Source of the DNA: Octopus bimaculoides
Taxonomy: Eukaryota
Reading direction: 5' to 3'
DNA: 64,000 nucleotides
NCBI RefSeq assembly: GCF_001194135.2
Contig: NC_068982.1
Span: 192,171,612 to 192,235,611 of the forward strand
The number at the start of each line of letters is the position of its first letter. Within the stretch, counting starts at the first letter, position 1. The notes beneath the pieces are model-generated. The model ran no database searches. It was given only the letters and a program-made list of their open reading frames with translations, and had not been told where the DNA came from. Shown piece after piece: positions 12,840 through 26,799 of the stretch. A program made the position numbers and the translations under genes.

Positions 12840-14590
12840 TCCATGTTCGGTCATGTGATGCAGATGGATGCCAACAACTCCATAAAGAAGTGCCGATCTC
12901 TCAAAGTGGATGGAACATGTGGAAGTGGGAGACCCAGGAAGATCTAGGATGAAGTACTGAAGAATGACCTAATGGAAGCTGAACCTTTCAGGTGAGATGA
13001 CAAAGGGCTTAATTTACCTGACCATACTCAAAAAGACTCGTACCCTGCAGCAGACGATATAAGACCAATCCTTCTGGTGGTGTATATCACTCATGGCAGT
13101 GCCACATAAAAGTGCCCATGTGGTGACATGTAAAATCACCGTGTGGTAACATGTAAAATCACCCAGCACAAATTGTAAAGTGGTTGGCGTTAGGAAGGGC
13201 ATCCACCTGTAGAAACCACGCCAAAGCAGACTGGAGTCTGGAGCAGCCCCCTCCCAGCTGGCCAGTTTGGGTCACACCATCCAACCCATGCCAGCATAGA
13301 CAACGGATGTTAAATGATGGTCTTCTTTAAGTTGCTTCCCCAACACCAATCAAGAATCTGACATGATTACATTGTGAGCCTCGTATCAAGAATGACAGCT
13401 ATTGAGAGCATTAGTGATAAGAGGTCAGAGGTGAGTAGGTCATTTATGATTAATGAGAAATACTTCAAAAAATGTGTGTCGGATACATTTTGTATCAGAC
13501 CTTGTCAAATTTTATTGGCATTACTAAAATTATTGAGGAAATATTTGTACAGTGCCATCATCAACATCATAAATATGATGGTGGTGGTGATGATGATGGA
13601 TTTGCAAAGCTATGGACCCAGTGTAAACTATGGATACATAAGAGGTACAGCAATATCAAAGGAATGCTAACTGGGAAGATATTTTTGTGTGTGGTAGATG
13701 CACAAGGCCAATAAACACCAAAGATGTACAGAAAACAGATTCCATCACATGCCAGGAGAAAAAACTGGAAGTAGTTGATAGCTTCCATTACCTAAGTAGC
13801 AGGGGTGGATGCCCTGAGAGCGTAGCTGCTACAATAAGAATAGTCTGGGCAAAGATCAGAGGCCTCTCAGAGTGAAAAGAAGACTGTATGATACATGTGT
13901 GCGAATAGCCATGCTACACAGTTGTGAAACATGGTCCATGACTGCTGAGGACAAGCGTGGGCTTGAAAGAAATGAAGCTAGTATGTTCCGCTGGATGTAT
14001 AATGTCAGTCTGCATACAAGATAGAGTGTAAGCGTCCTGAGAGAAAAGTTGGGCATAAGAAGAAACAGATGTGGTATGCAAGAGAGACGACTGCACTGGT
14101 ATGGTCATGTGATACATATGGATGAGGACAGCTGTGTGAAAAAGTGTCACACCATAACAATGGAGGGAACCTGTGGAAGAGGTAGACCCAGGAGGACCTG
14201 GGATGAGGTGGTGAAGTACGCGCTTTGAACGTTGGGCCTCACAGAGGCAATGACAAGTGACCGAGACCTTTGGAGATATGCTGTGCTTGAGAAGACCTGT
14301 TGAGTCAAGTGAAATTGTTGTCATGGCCGATGCTAGTGCTGCCTGACTGGTACCCATGCAGGTGGCACGTAAAAAGTACCATTCGAGCGGAGCTGATGCC
14401 AGTGCCAGTGGCATATAAAAAGCACCATTCGAGCATAGTTGACTTCAGTCCTGCCTGACTGGCTCCCATGCCAGTGGCACTTAAAAAGCACAATTTGAGT
14501 GTGGTCGATGCCAGTGCCACCTGACTGGCCCATGTGCTGGCAGCATGTAAAAAGCACCCACTACACTTGCAGAGTGGTTGGCATGGAAAC
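12840..14590 (+). mobile_element. Two tandem RTE LINE 3' fragments (12840-13320; 13590-14590)
   Basis: GHVMQMDANNSIKKCRSLKVDGTCGSGRPRK plus tail; then CKLWIHKRYSNIKGMLTGK...CGRCTRPIN...KLEVVDSFHYL...RLHWYGHV plus tandem-repeat UTR. Confidence 0.8.
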
Positions 14591-15309
14591 TGAAACACAC
14601 AGTTTGTCTCTTGATGTTTACAAAGTTGCATGCTGAAGGAACTGTGCTTGACCTGTTATAAACAGCAGTAACTTTCAATTTAATCACACCTTACCATCTT
14701 CAAAAAGCATAGATTTGAAAGAAAAAGTTGATGGCATGGTCATAACTGGAATGATTTCCATCACAGAACCTACCAGATCTGGGTGATAACAGCCATAGTA
14801 ACATATTGGTCAGGTTAGCCCAAGTAGTGATATCTAGTTAAATAGTGAGAAAACTTTAGAAGGTCATACAGCTCTAAAAATAATTGCTTCAATGAAAATT
14901 ACCACCCATTGTCATCATTGTTTTACATCTGCTTTTCATGCTGTCATGGATTGTCACAGTAGTTCCTGTCCTCCTACAGGGGTTGAGGGACCATGTCATG
15001 CTTGTACATTTTATTTCAGCTTGATACCTACAGCTGAATGCCCTTCCTAACACCAACCACCATACAGAGTACACTGAGGGTATTTTATCAGGGTAGCAGC
15101 ACAAGGGAGGTTACTTTGTACTCCACAAGACAAAAGAGATCCCCACTGATTTACACTGTCCAATGAGAAGTGCATAGAAGAGAGGGCAGTAGAATAAATG
15201 AAAAAAAGAAACCTTAATCTTGCTAAGTTAACCATAAGGCCCTTAGATTCTAGGTTTTTCTTCCAGTATTTAATGGGGTTTTTTTGCCTCTTCTTCTACA
15301 ACTTTTGTG

Positions 15310-16073
15310 AATCAGTTTTGAGATTGGAATAAATTTTACCTCTTTTCAGACAAAAAAGTGCCAAGTAGAAGAAAAAAGACAAAAAGCGTTTTTGAGACCT
15401 GCTTCTTTTTCTATTTAATCAAGGTTGCAAACCTTCCGTGGTCACTCAAGACATTTGTTCTGTGTATGGAGAAGGTGCTATCAAGGGAGAGGAAATTCAA
15501 CATCAGAGATGCTCTACATTCCAGTCAACCTGTTCAGTTCAATGAAGAGCACTTCAACAACAAACTCATCTGCAAGGACCCATGTCAATCCGCTAGGGAA
15601 TCGGCCCAGCAGATGGGACGCTCTCATATCATCACCACTTAAGGGGCAATCCAACTGAAACAACCTGACCAGCAATAAGACATGCTTCTTCAGCATGACA
15701 ACACTTGCCCCCCCCACCCCTTCCAACACTGCTAATTTGACCAAACATGTTATTCAAGAACTCTGTCAGGAAGTTTTACAAAACCTACCATATTCTCCTG
15801 ATCTAGCACCTTCAGGTTATCACCTTGTTTTCAGTCCCTCCCAAACAGTCTGTGAGGTGTTTCATTCAACAATGATGTGGAGTTGAAAACACAGCTTGAT
15901 GGATTCTTCAATTAAAGACTTGGTGGTTTCTGCCACCAAGGCATTGGCCAAGCCAGTAGGTCATGAACAATGAAGGAGAATGTATTACGGACTGATTTGC
16001 TAAAATTGTTGGTGAAAAATAAGGATTTATATAAATAGCAAAAAGGACATACATATTTATCTGACAATCCAGT
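15310..16073 (+). mobile_element. mariner (DD34D) transposon remnant
   Basis: N-terminal LLFLFNQGCKPSVVTQDICSVYGEGAI; catalytic region LLQHDN...EVLQNLPYSPDLAPSGYHL; right-end-like TTATCTGACAATCCAGT. Confidence 0.8.
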
Positions 16074-16243
16074 GATAAAAAAGTTTGCTTCCCAGCCACA
16101 CGGTCCTGGGTTCAGTCTCACTGCATTGCATAGTACCTTGGGCAAGTGTCTTCTATTATAGCCTAGGGCCAACCAAAGGCTTGCGAGTGGATTTGGTAGA
16201 TAGAAACTGAAAGAAGACTGTCATATATGCGTGTGTGTGTGTA

Positions 16244-16313
<70 letters not shown>

Positions 16314-17297
16314 TGTGTATTTGATTGTCCCCCACCACTGCTTGTCAACTGGTGCTGGTGTGTATGTCCCTGTAACTTAGCAGTTCAGCAAAAGAAACCG
16401 ATAGAATATATACCAGGCTTAAAAAAATAAATACTGAGATTTATTCATTTGACCAAAAAATTCTCCAAGGTGGTGCCCCAGCATGGCCGCAGTCTAATGA
16501 CTGAAACTAGTAAAAAATAAGAGATATAAAGTAATATTTTATATACATACACACAACACATACATATATGTATACATACACACACTATGCACACAACACT
16601 GTGAATGAGGACTGAAATAGATTTAAATATTTGAAAGCCTAGCTGTTACAGGAGATTATAAAAACAAGTACATTCCTAGGTTTCAGATTTGTAGAAAAAA
16701 AAAGAGGGAGACCATTTCACAGTTTGTTCCCTACCCCTCAGAAAACATACGCAGATTCCTTCTCTAATTAATGGCATAGAATAGTCAACTGATATTATTA
16801 CTCAAGTGGATAGCTTAGTCTACATGTTTGTGCGTTCGACAGCTGGTCATTAAATAAACATTTATGCATCAAGAAAATAGGACACGAAGCCTTCAAAACA
16901 GTAATATGGACCTTGGGGTACTGATTTAAAAAATCTACCTCAAACATAATGTTGTACCCAGAAAATGTACACAACTTCACTACTTGCTTTTATTATCCTC
17001 TTTACCTCAACCAACCCATCAAAAATAAAGAATCCCTTCCCACTTTCTAATTACAAAGTCATTATCGTCATCATCATCACACACCTGCTTCTTTTTATAA
17101 TGGCACAACTTCTCAGTCATCTGCTTTCACACACATTTAAAAGTAGTTGTTGTATACATTCACTAAAGTATTATATATATTTTGTGTATGTCTCCATATA
17201 CTACTAAAACTCTGTGGTTGCTTGCTTGCATGCGTCCTTGTCTGTAATTTTTAATACAGCCAAATCGGTGTGTAATGGGAAAATGCTCTGCAATTAA

Positions 17298-17390
17298 GGT
17301 ACCCTTGAAATGTGAATACAAACGGAATAAAACAAGTTTCATGTAAATCAGACCACGGATTCCCGAGATACATGGGTTTTTTTGGGTACC
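17298..17390. mobile_element. Very short TTAA-target MITE (Kolobok-like)
   Basis: TTAA|GGTACCC...GGGTACC|TTCA; 93 bp. Confidence 0.45.
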
Positions 17391-18429
17391 TTCATAAATA
17401 ACCAAAACAACACATAATGGGAAAATACTCTGAAGGTAACATAACCCTAAAAATACGAATTGTTTGTACAGTGAATATTTTTATTTCAGCTTTCTTTAAA
17501 CAGATAATATTTTAATAATTAAAAAGTATTTCTAAGTCAATATTGTACCTTAAATACATTTACATTATGAGCTCCTATCACTTAATCTTTAATTAATAAT
17601 TTATCTTCCATTTCACAGCATAATATTGTTTAGTTCCCTGTCTATATACATACTTTGTCATTTTTTCATTTAATAAGTTTTTTTCCCCCTCTTCTCCTTT
17701 CAACGTCATATTGTCACATATTTTACATATTTTAATTCTACATGGAAATTTTAATATTTGTGGTCACAAATAAACGCCATTTTGTCACGTGACACACATC
17801 ATATAAATTCTATGCTTCTTGGGTAATACTACAGTCAACAAAGAACCTTCGTTAAGATAAGTGATGTTCTTTTTATTAATACTATTGAACGTCCAAATTC
17901 ATTTAATAGTTAATAACACTATCTTTTTATATGTTTTCTTTTTCTTAATCTACAGAAAGTATTTCCTCATTAGATGATTTATACCTTTAACTTGATAGAT
18001 GACTATTATTATAAAACCTTGACACTTCATTTATTGTACTAAATATTACTTAAATGTACAGATTTTTCTACTTTTTCTTATTTTATTTCCTTTTTAAATA
18101 TTAGGATACATTTTTTGAATTTACAAGACCTGAAGAGTGTCCTCATTCTGAATGGAACTTATCTTGATCGATTTATTGTAAATTGCCCAGATCTTTTTCA
18201 CTTTTTTGTGGCCATGAAATGCGCGTAGTCTTTCATTCACTTTCGTTTTTACAAATTTACTAAACTGAATTAAATTTTTAATCTAATATTTTATAGATTT
18301 TACGGATTACAAAGTTTCTCTTGGATTTTTTAGATTTTTAAACTAGTATTTTGTATAGTACGCTTTTCTTGGTGGTGTCTGATCTCCGTCAGCGTTTGAG
18401 TTGCACCATGGTGGCTCTTCTCTAAATTA

Positions 18430-18471
<42 letters not shown>

Positions 18472-21400
18472 CATAAGTGTGGCTGTGTATTAAGAAGTTT
18501 TCTTCTCAACAACATGGTTCTGCATTGTCTGTATGGCACCTTAGGCAAGTGTCTTCTCTTATAGCCTCAGCTAACCAAAGATTTGTGAGTAGATTTAGTA
18601 GACAGAAACTGAAAGAAGCCTGCCATATGTATATATATTTGTGTGTGTCGCCCACCACTGCTTGACAACTGGTATTGGTATGTTTATTTCTCTGTAACTT
18701 AGCTGTTTGTCAAAAGAGACCAACAGAGTAAGTACAAAGCAAGACTTCTACACAGCTTCAGTCTATCAAATTCACTCACAAAACATTGGTTGGCATGAAA
18801 AAATGTGAGTCCTGGGGTTGATACATTCAACTAAAAAATTCTTGAAGATTGTGCCCCAGCATGGCCACAACCTACTGACTAAAATAAGTAAAAGATAAAA
18901 GAGAGAAGATATACATATGAAGAGTCAAGAACAGTCACCTAATACACCAATAAATATTACTTCAACCATTTTGTCGTATTGGGCCCAACATGGATGGTAA
19001 ATGTTCAGACATGTTTAAATGAAATGTCTGTAGTGAATCTTGCGGGCATGAAGTGGATCCGATGCACCATGGCTAAATTTAAATTAACAGTTCAACAGAA
19101 CTTTTCTCATGGTGGAACAATGGTTTTTGCTTTAACAGCAGTTTTACATTTGCCAGATTGTCTTTAGCTAGGTCGAAATAATGTCTTCACCACTTGACCC
19201 TTATAAACCCTTCTACTTCACCAAAAGCTAGAATAGAGATACCACAGCACCACCAACGAAGCCCATTGTTCTCAACGATATGTCTGTCCTTCTAGATAGT
19301 TATAAAAGCAAGAACCCCCAAGCAAAAACCAGTTAGTGACTTGAGTGAGTCAGCTCATGACAACTCAATCAGTTAGGGAACAGACTGCGAGAATCATGAT
19401 CCAAAGCAAGGCAGCTACTAAAGACAATGGTCAGCATGAGAAATGAAATCTACTGCCAGCAGCTATGAGACCCAACTTCCCACACTCTCTCACTTTGTCT
19501 TCTCTGCACACTACTATATCTCTCTATGGTTTACTACTACAATACGAACACACTGGCTGAAATTAACTCTCTTTTTTTTTTTTTTTTTTACTTCACACGC
19601 TCTGGGATTTTATTCACCTGCCCGTCGAGGCAAGGTATTTTCAACATAACAGTAAATAAATACTTTCTTAAAACTTCACGCATTGTTCATCTTTCACATC
19701 CAACAACATGCTGTTATAACAACAAATTTTCATCATCACAACTGCTGACTCCGACATTTCATATTATTGTGGACCTAATCAATCTTTATCTGTTACATGT
19801 CTAACAGTCTGAAATTAATTGTTATAAGATAATTGGTGATTAGCAATTAAACCTCATTGTTACAGATGGAAATATCAAAACTATTTCATCTCAAAAAAGG
19901 ATGCTACTTAGGTAAATTACATCTGCAAACAAAACTATTAAAAACAGCGATAAAACAGAATTGCTGAATAAAACTAAACTATTTCTGGGATAATAGAATG
20001 ACTCCATTGCAGCCCAACTGCTCCAGACAGTAAGGAAACAATTTATAAAACAAGATGAAACATTTAAAAGCTTTTCAGGTGAAAATTCTCAAGCAACAAC
20101 TTTTCTTTCTTTTGTAAATGTTCAACAAAAGAATTGTTGAAGACACAAAAGCAAATACACAGATTGCACAGGTCGAAAATTGTAAAGCAGAAAAAATTCA
20201 ACTTTTAGAGAGTAAACCTGTCCTGAAATAATAACACAAAATAATGTATGGTTTACAAGTCCACTTCCAAAGAACATGCTTTCAGATTCTGTATGACAGT
20301 ACAGCACCTTGGGCAGCAAGTTATTTCTACTGGAGTCCCATGCCAACCAATGTTTTGTGAGTGAATTTGATAGACTGAAGCTGTGTGGAAGTTTTGCGTT
20401 GTAAGTGGATTTGATAGACAGAAACTGAAAGAAGCCTGTCATGGTGAGAAAGGATCTTCAGACATTGGGCCTCACAGAGATGACAAGGGACCAAGACTCC
20501 TGGTGGTTTGCTGTGTTTGAGAAGATATGTCAAACTAAGTAAAATCGTGGTTGTCCTTGCATACAGGATTGTTTTCTACACCCTACTTCAGCTGTGGGCT
20601 CTTGAGTGGGTGGTGCCATGTAAAAAGCCACCCATGCCAGTGCCAAATGTAAGCACCCATGCTGGTGTTCCCTAAAAGTACCCAGTCCACTCTTGCCGGG
20701 TCTTTTCAAGCACAGCATATCTCCATAGGTCTCAGTCACTTGTCATTACCAGCTTAAAAATAAAAGTACAGGGGTTGATTCATTCGACCTAAAAAAAAAA
20801 AGGCAGGGCCCCAGCATGGCTGTAGTCTAATGACTGGAAAAAAATAAAAGATAAATATTCCATGAAATAAAATGGTTTGTCTTTATTATGAGGAATGATA
20901 TCCAAAACTGAAAGCTTAAAATTTGTGGCTCTCGTATAAAAAATGACTTGGCTACTATATCAAAAACAGAACTGTGTAGCAGTGACTGCTACGTCACATA
21001 CATCCATTTGTAATGGCTGCCACATTAAACATTGAACCATGTAGCAGTGTTCTCATGAATTTACTTTGTTGGACCAAGGTTGCACTATTCAGAAATGTAG
21101 GTTACATGTTGTATGATTGGTCTATCTCAACATCTAAAGAATTATATATTGGTGTATCTCAAATAACATCTATAAATTTACAGTTTGGTCAATCTGAAAT
21201 AACACGCAATTAAATATTGGCCATCTCAAATAACAGAATTATAAGCCAGTTCTACAGCTGAAGGCATCAATGGAACACACTTACTCTCTTGTGTTTTGGG
21301 CAACCTGAAACTAAAACTTGAAATTTTTGCAAATGCTAAACCTCACAAGCACGTTCCTAGTTACCCCTATATATAACATAACAACAAACTAATCCTAAAG

Positions 21401-22378
21401 ACTAATCTTCTTCGCGACAAAGGAAACCTTCAGTTCAGATCAATTCCTAAATCTTTACAAAAGCTCAACTGATACAATAGAGTACCGTGACTCCATCTAG
21501 GACACTACTCTCCTAGATACAAAAGAAACCTATCTATCACTTCTACCTTACACCTGTCCTGTCTTCTCACTCTAGTTATTTTACCACTACTATAAAGGCC
21601 TCTGCTCCTTTCAGTTAGCTAACTGTACACCACACAACTGATCAACAAAGAGTCAGAGGAGTTTAAGACAGGCTGTGCCTGAGAGCTCCGGTGGCACATA
21701 AAAAGCACTTATCGAGTGTGGGGTCACATGGAGGCAAAGTGGCTGATGCCAGTGGCACATGGAAAGCACCTCACGGAGGCAGTGATGAATGACCGAGGCC
21801 TTTGGCATTATGCTGTGCTTGAAAAGAAAACCCATCAAGCCAAGTAAAATCGCAGTTGTGGCGGATACTGGTGTCACGCAAATGGCACGTAAAAGCACCC
21901 ATTACACTCTCAGAGTGGTTGGCATTAGGAAGGACATCCTGCCGTAAAAACCATGCCAAATCAGACTGGAGTCCGGTGCAGCCCTCCAGCTGGCCAGACC
22001 TGGTCAGCTAGTTGTCTATTCTTCCCATCTATCGTCCCTGCTCCACAATGTCTTCTCCATCTATGTTTTTCCCCCCGCAGATGTCTTATGCTCAATCTAA
22101 ATATCACTCACTTCAGGGTCAAAGGTCAAGCATGCAGCCTACCCTGTTAATTAAGCCATACACTGGAAATACTATCAAACTAACAATCATTGTAGAGATG
22201 GAGAAAGATTTGGTGGTGGATTTTAATATCATAAATTTTACATGAAAGACAAAGAGAAATGAAAAGTTATCTAAAAGTACAAACAAAATTATACAACTTT
22301 GTTGGATATAAAGTGTGTTGGCTGTCCATTTGTGCACAACATCAGTAAAGTGGCAAGTCTGTGATGGGTGGCTATTAA

Positions 22379-23000
22379 CACTTTAGCAGCCCAAATATTA
22401 TACTTGTTTTATGATCAAACCAGCCAGATCCAGCCTTTCACACCTATCCTACAATGTCATTTTAAGAATTAACAATCACATTGATATCCTAAAACTAAAG
22501 TGCCACGTAAAAAGCATTGGGGATGGTGCCATATAAAAAGCACCTGGTACACTCTGTAAGGTGGTTGGTGTTAGGATGGGAGCCCAGCTGTAGAAACCAT
22601 GCCAAACCAGGGTAAAGGGAACTGGTGCAGCCCCTGGCTTTACTTGCTCCTGTCAAGCCATCCAACCTATGCTGGCATGGAAAACAGACGTTAAATGATG
22701 ATGATATCAAAATTTCAAAGCTACAAGATAATGAATGATTAATTCAAAGCAATACCCATGCTGGTGCCATGTAAAAGCACCTGTGTTGGCACCATGTAAA
22801 AAGTACCCAATACACTCTGCAAAGTGGTGGGCATTAAGAAGGGCATCCAGTCATAGAAGCTATGCCAAAACAGACAATTGTGCTTGACAGTTCCTGTCAA
22901 ACCATCTGATCCACGCCAGTATGAAGAATAGATGTTTGATGAGGAGGAGGGTGGCGATAATGATGTGAATAAACAAGCATTGCGTTTGACAGAGTAATAA
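22379..23000. mobile_element. piggyBac-type MITE (same family as 5523-5740) split by two RTE-tail insertions
   Basis: MITE segments 22379-22488, 22702-22753 and 22965-23000 align colinearly with 5523-5740. Insertions at 22489-22701 (TGATATC duplicated) and 22754-22964. Confidence 0.7.
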
Positions 23001-23889
23001 TTACTTAGAACTAAATTAAGTCAATCTTGGAGTTCTTAGTTGGGAAATGGTGTCATGGAGGGGGAGGGGGAGGAGGTAATGGTGGTGACGACAGCAAACT
23101 GCTTTATTGACAAAGTATATTTACAAATCAAAGTAGGCAGTATATTAGGTTTTCAGACAATATATACTTTATAATGGATTCTATGCACAAGATACATGTT
23201 AAACATATAGAATGAAGATAAAACAGAGTCTCAGAAAATAAATGGTACCATTATGGAACTATTTAATGGGATTCTTTATGCCACAGTAAAAAGAAAAAGA
23301 AAAGGAATGATTCATAAAAATTATTAAGGTTACACCAGAGAGAAATGAGGCCAGGCATAATAATCACTTATTTAACAAGTAATTTCAGAGCAGACATTTA
23401 ACAAATGGGTTTTATGGATCCCTTCACCCTTCCTTCCATGGAAGAGAACCCTCTCAGATTACATTGTAAGAGAGGTAAGGCTCAGAAAGATTTCAGAGAT
23501 TGTGACAGTAAAGTCTATGTGTTAGAAAGAAAGGGCTTAGCCATGGACTGAAGAAGAAGCTCACTTTATAACCACACAACTTCAGGTGGTATGTTGGACA
23601 AGTATCTTCTGCTATAGCAGCCTTCAAGTGACTAATACCTCGTGAGAAATTGTATAGATAGATAGATAGATAGACAGACAGAGAGAGAGAGAGAGAGAGC
23701 TTATTGTACCTGTACAATTGCCACACACAAAGATTATATTCTCTGTTAACTTCCTTTGATATCACTGCATCTCTTATGTGAACAAAGCTTGCACTGGGTA
23801 CAACATATAGAGTTCCTACCAACACCCTTCTTACATATTGAGCAGGGCCATCTCCCTGAGAGGACTTGTGATTTTTACGAAATTAACTC

Positions 23890-25206
23890 TAAGGTCCTTG
23901 CGGTTTCTACTTGCCAGCTATAAACCAGAAGGTACTATCTTCTCTGCTGCATATTTTTGTAGATAGGAAGAAATCTTCAAAGAAAAGTGTAAAAGTCTGA
24001 TGAGAAAACAAGTACGACTACTTTGAAGAAAGTCATCAACTCCTGAACATGACAATTAAAAGTAATTATATTCTGCTGAAGAAGCCAGGTGAGATTTGTT
24101 TCAATGAAACAATATTTTATCAAAAATTTTCAGTGAAAGAAGTCCCTTGTTCAATACTCACTGGCTGTGTTTAAATTTGGTCTAAAAAAGATTTCATCAC
24201 CTATGCCATAGTGATTAACAGAAAGTGTGAAAAATTCAAATTGAATGAATTAACCCCAGACATGTTCAGGTCTTTAATTTTGGTTCAAGGGTTTACTGCA
24301 AGCAAAGGTGCAGATATACATTCCCGGATATTAGCAAAATTAGAACAGAACCAAAATTTAACTCTGTAGACAGTAGCAGAAGAATGACAGCAGATTGTTA
24401 ATGTACAACATGACAAATAAAAATGAAGAGAAGGATTGTTCTGAGATTCAAGCACATTGACCGGTAACGAATAAGAGAATAGACAAAAAAATGTCAAAAC
24501 CGAATCCGTGTTGACTGGATGGAATTGTTTAATTTATGGGACCTCTCCATAAATCTTTTCTGTAAAAATGTAAATGGTTTTTCCTCCAATAAGTCATCAG
24601 ATGAATTGGAAAAAATTTTAAGTACTTTTCCAAAACGAAGGCATGGTTTCAAATACATGAAAACGCCAGACCAGTATTTAAACAAAAACAAAACTGTCCT
24701 GTTTGCAGCATTAGAATAGATAAACCTAGAGAGACTAGAAAAAAACTGGAGTTATCCAAAAAGTGGTATACTCTGAATGGACATCACCAACTGAGTTGGT
24801 TAAGCAAAAGTATAATAAAATCAAAGTGTGTGCTGATTTCTTTTCCACTGGAATTGAGTCCTAAGCATAAGATATACCAAAACTCAGAGTGGAGAAGACA
24901 GGGAAGACTGATTCTAAAAAGGGGAGATGTTGTGACAGAATTCTGACCACCCCCAAGTGACTAAAGGTAGACTGACCCATTGTTAGAAAATAAAAAAGAA
25001 AAACAAAACTGTGAGTGATTGGCAGTAGTTCACTGTGGGTCGTTGATGTAGAGCATTGAGTCTCGTGGAAGAGGAACAGGATTGCATCGTGGGTCTGCTT
25101 TCTTCCCCCTTGCTTCATTACATCCAATACAAAGATATAAAAGAATGAAATCACATAATATGGGAATTCCAGCACTCATGACACGATTCTCGTCTGCTAC
25201 AACCAC
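23890..25206 (+). mobile_element. Ty3/Gypsy LTR retrotransposon (K02A2.6/Mag-like), internally deleted, with PPT and candidate 3' LTR
   Basis: gag-like DFITYAIVINRKCEKFKLNELTPDMFRSLILVQG...RILAKLEQ; pol-like DWMELFNLWD...LFAALE...YSEWTSP...IKVCADF. PPT AAAAAGGGGAGA directly before TGTTGTG at 24928; candidate LTR end ~25206. Confidence 0.75.
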
Positions 25207-25570
25207 ATTGTGTGTGTGTGTGTGTGCTTTTATGCACCAAGCGCCTATAAGGGAGGGTCTCTCAAGGCTAATAACACAGTATTCAGTGTCCTAACAACGT
25301 ACTCATGTTAAACTGGACATGAAGATTACCTTTTTGGTATCATTTACCACTTTCATCACTAACAATTTTTAACCCATGGTGTGGGTAACAAACTGTCTTA
25401 GGAATGAGCAGAAGCAAGAAGGATGAATGGTTAGCTAAATGTACAACATAAGACATTGTATTGACATGGAATGAACAGTAATGAACAAATGTTTAAACAT
25501 TGTCATTAGGTAAATTAGTTTTGAGTGAATTTCAAGAAGAACTGACAAACCCCAAATTAAAATCAAAATA

Positions 25571-26460
25571 GCAGGTGTTCAGGCTAAATTTCACAGTTTG
25601 CATATAAGGAAAAGAAAACACAATATCCCATCCAAAAATAAAAGTATTTTAAAACATCAAAAAATATCAATATGGCTAAGAGATAAGAGCTTACTCAAAA
25701 TAATTACTCTCAGTTTCCACCACAGCCTCAAGATGGCTCTGGAATCTGGGACAGGTGTTCCTCACTATGTCTCTAGAAAGATCTTTGAGCACTTCCTTGA
25801 TCTTGAACACCAGCTCGGCCTTAGTGTTGTAGGCAGAGTAGCCAGTGTTTTTCTCAACCATGGCCCCCATATATAGTAATCCATGGGATTAGAATCAGGG
25901 GAATTAAGAGACCAGAAACTGGGGCTGGTGAAGTCATAGAAATTCTCTGACAACCACTTCCAGAGGTATGGCAGGCAGCTGAATCAATGCTGCTACCCCT
26001 ATATGACCCTCCAGCCACAACCCTCTCCAGGTTTTGACCATAGTCTCCAGCAGCTTCACATAGCCATCTGAATGGAGCTCAAAGCCCTTTCCATCACTTG
26101 CTGGATGAATTCCGGTGTGCAGATACATTCAGAATGCCTACTGTGTCCCTTCCTGCTGACCATGGCTTCATAATCTCTTTTGCAGCAGTCCCTATCACAT
26201 CCGACAGCCTTTACGGTGTTCACAGAGCACTGAGCCAGTCATGATGTCACCATTTTGACACCCAACATGAATCTTGATACAGGTAACTCTTTCCCAATAG
26301 TCAGATGGCTTCCAGTTCTCAGCTAACTTTTCCTCATCCATGACTTTAATCTTTATGCTCTCCAATGCCACGGACTGTTCATCAATGTTTCAAGTTGTTT
26401 CTGACATAAGGAATCATTGAAAAAAAATAAAAAATTGTCAAATTTAGTCTGAACACCCTG
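25571..26460 (-). mobile_element. Tc1/mariner maT-like (DD37D) transposon remnant
   Basis: TIRs TA-GCAGGTGTTCAGGCTAAATTTCACA (25569) and TGTCAAATTTAGTCTGAACACCCTG-TA (26462); peptide FWSLNSPDSNPMDYYIWG. Confidence 0.8.
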
Positions 26461-26799
26461 TAAAGAGAAGTAAAACCTATCAGATTAAATAATCCAACAG
26501 TTGTTAACCTAATGACATCGACAAAATAGTCAAGGGATTCGAATTTCCTTCTTAGGGAAAAAAAGACAAAGATTTAGTGATAACTAATCATGATTCACAC
26601 TGAAGAAAAAAAGAAAAAAAGGAAGATTGGAACAAGTTAGGAATTAATTTTAAGAAATGGGTTTCTTGTGGAAAATCTGGACTTTGTAGGGACATTAAGA
26701 GTACAGGTTTGATATTCATGGAGCGAGTTGATTGATAAACAGAGAATTTGTCAAAAGTTATGAAGATTTTTAGCCCAAAGTAATAGATACTAACAATAA

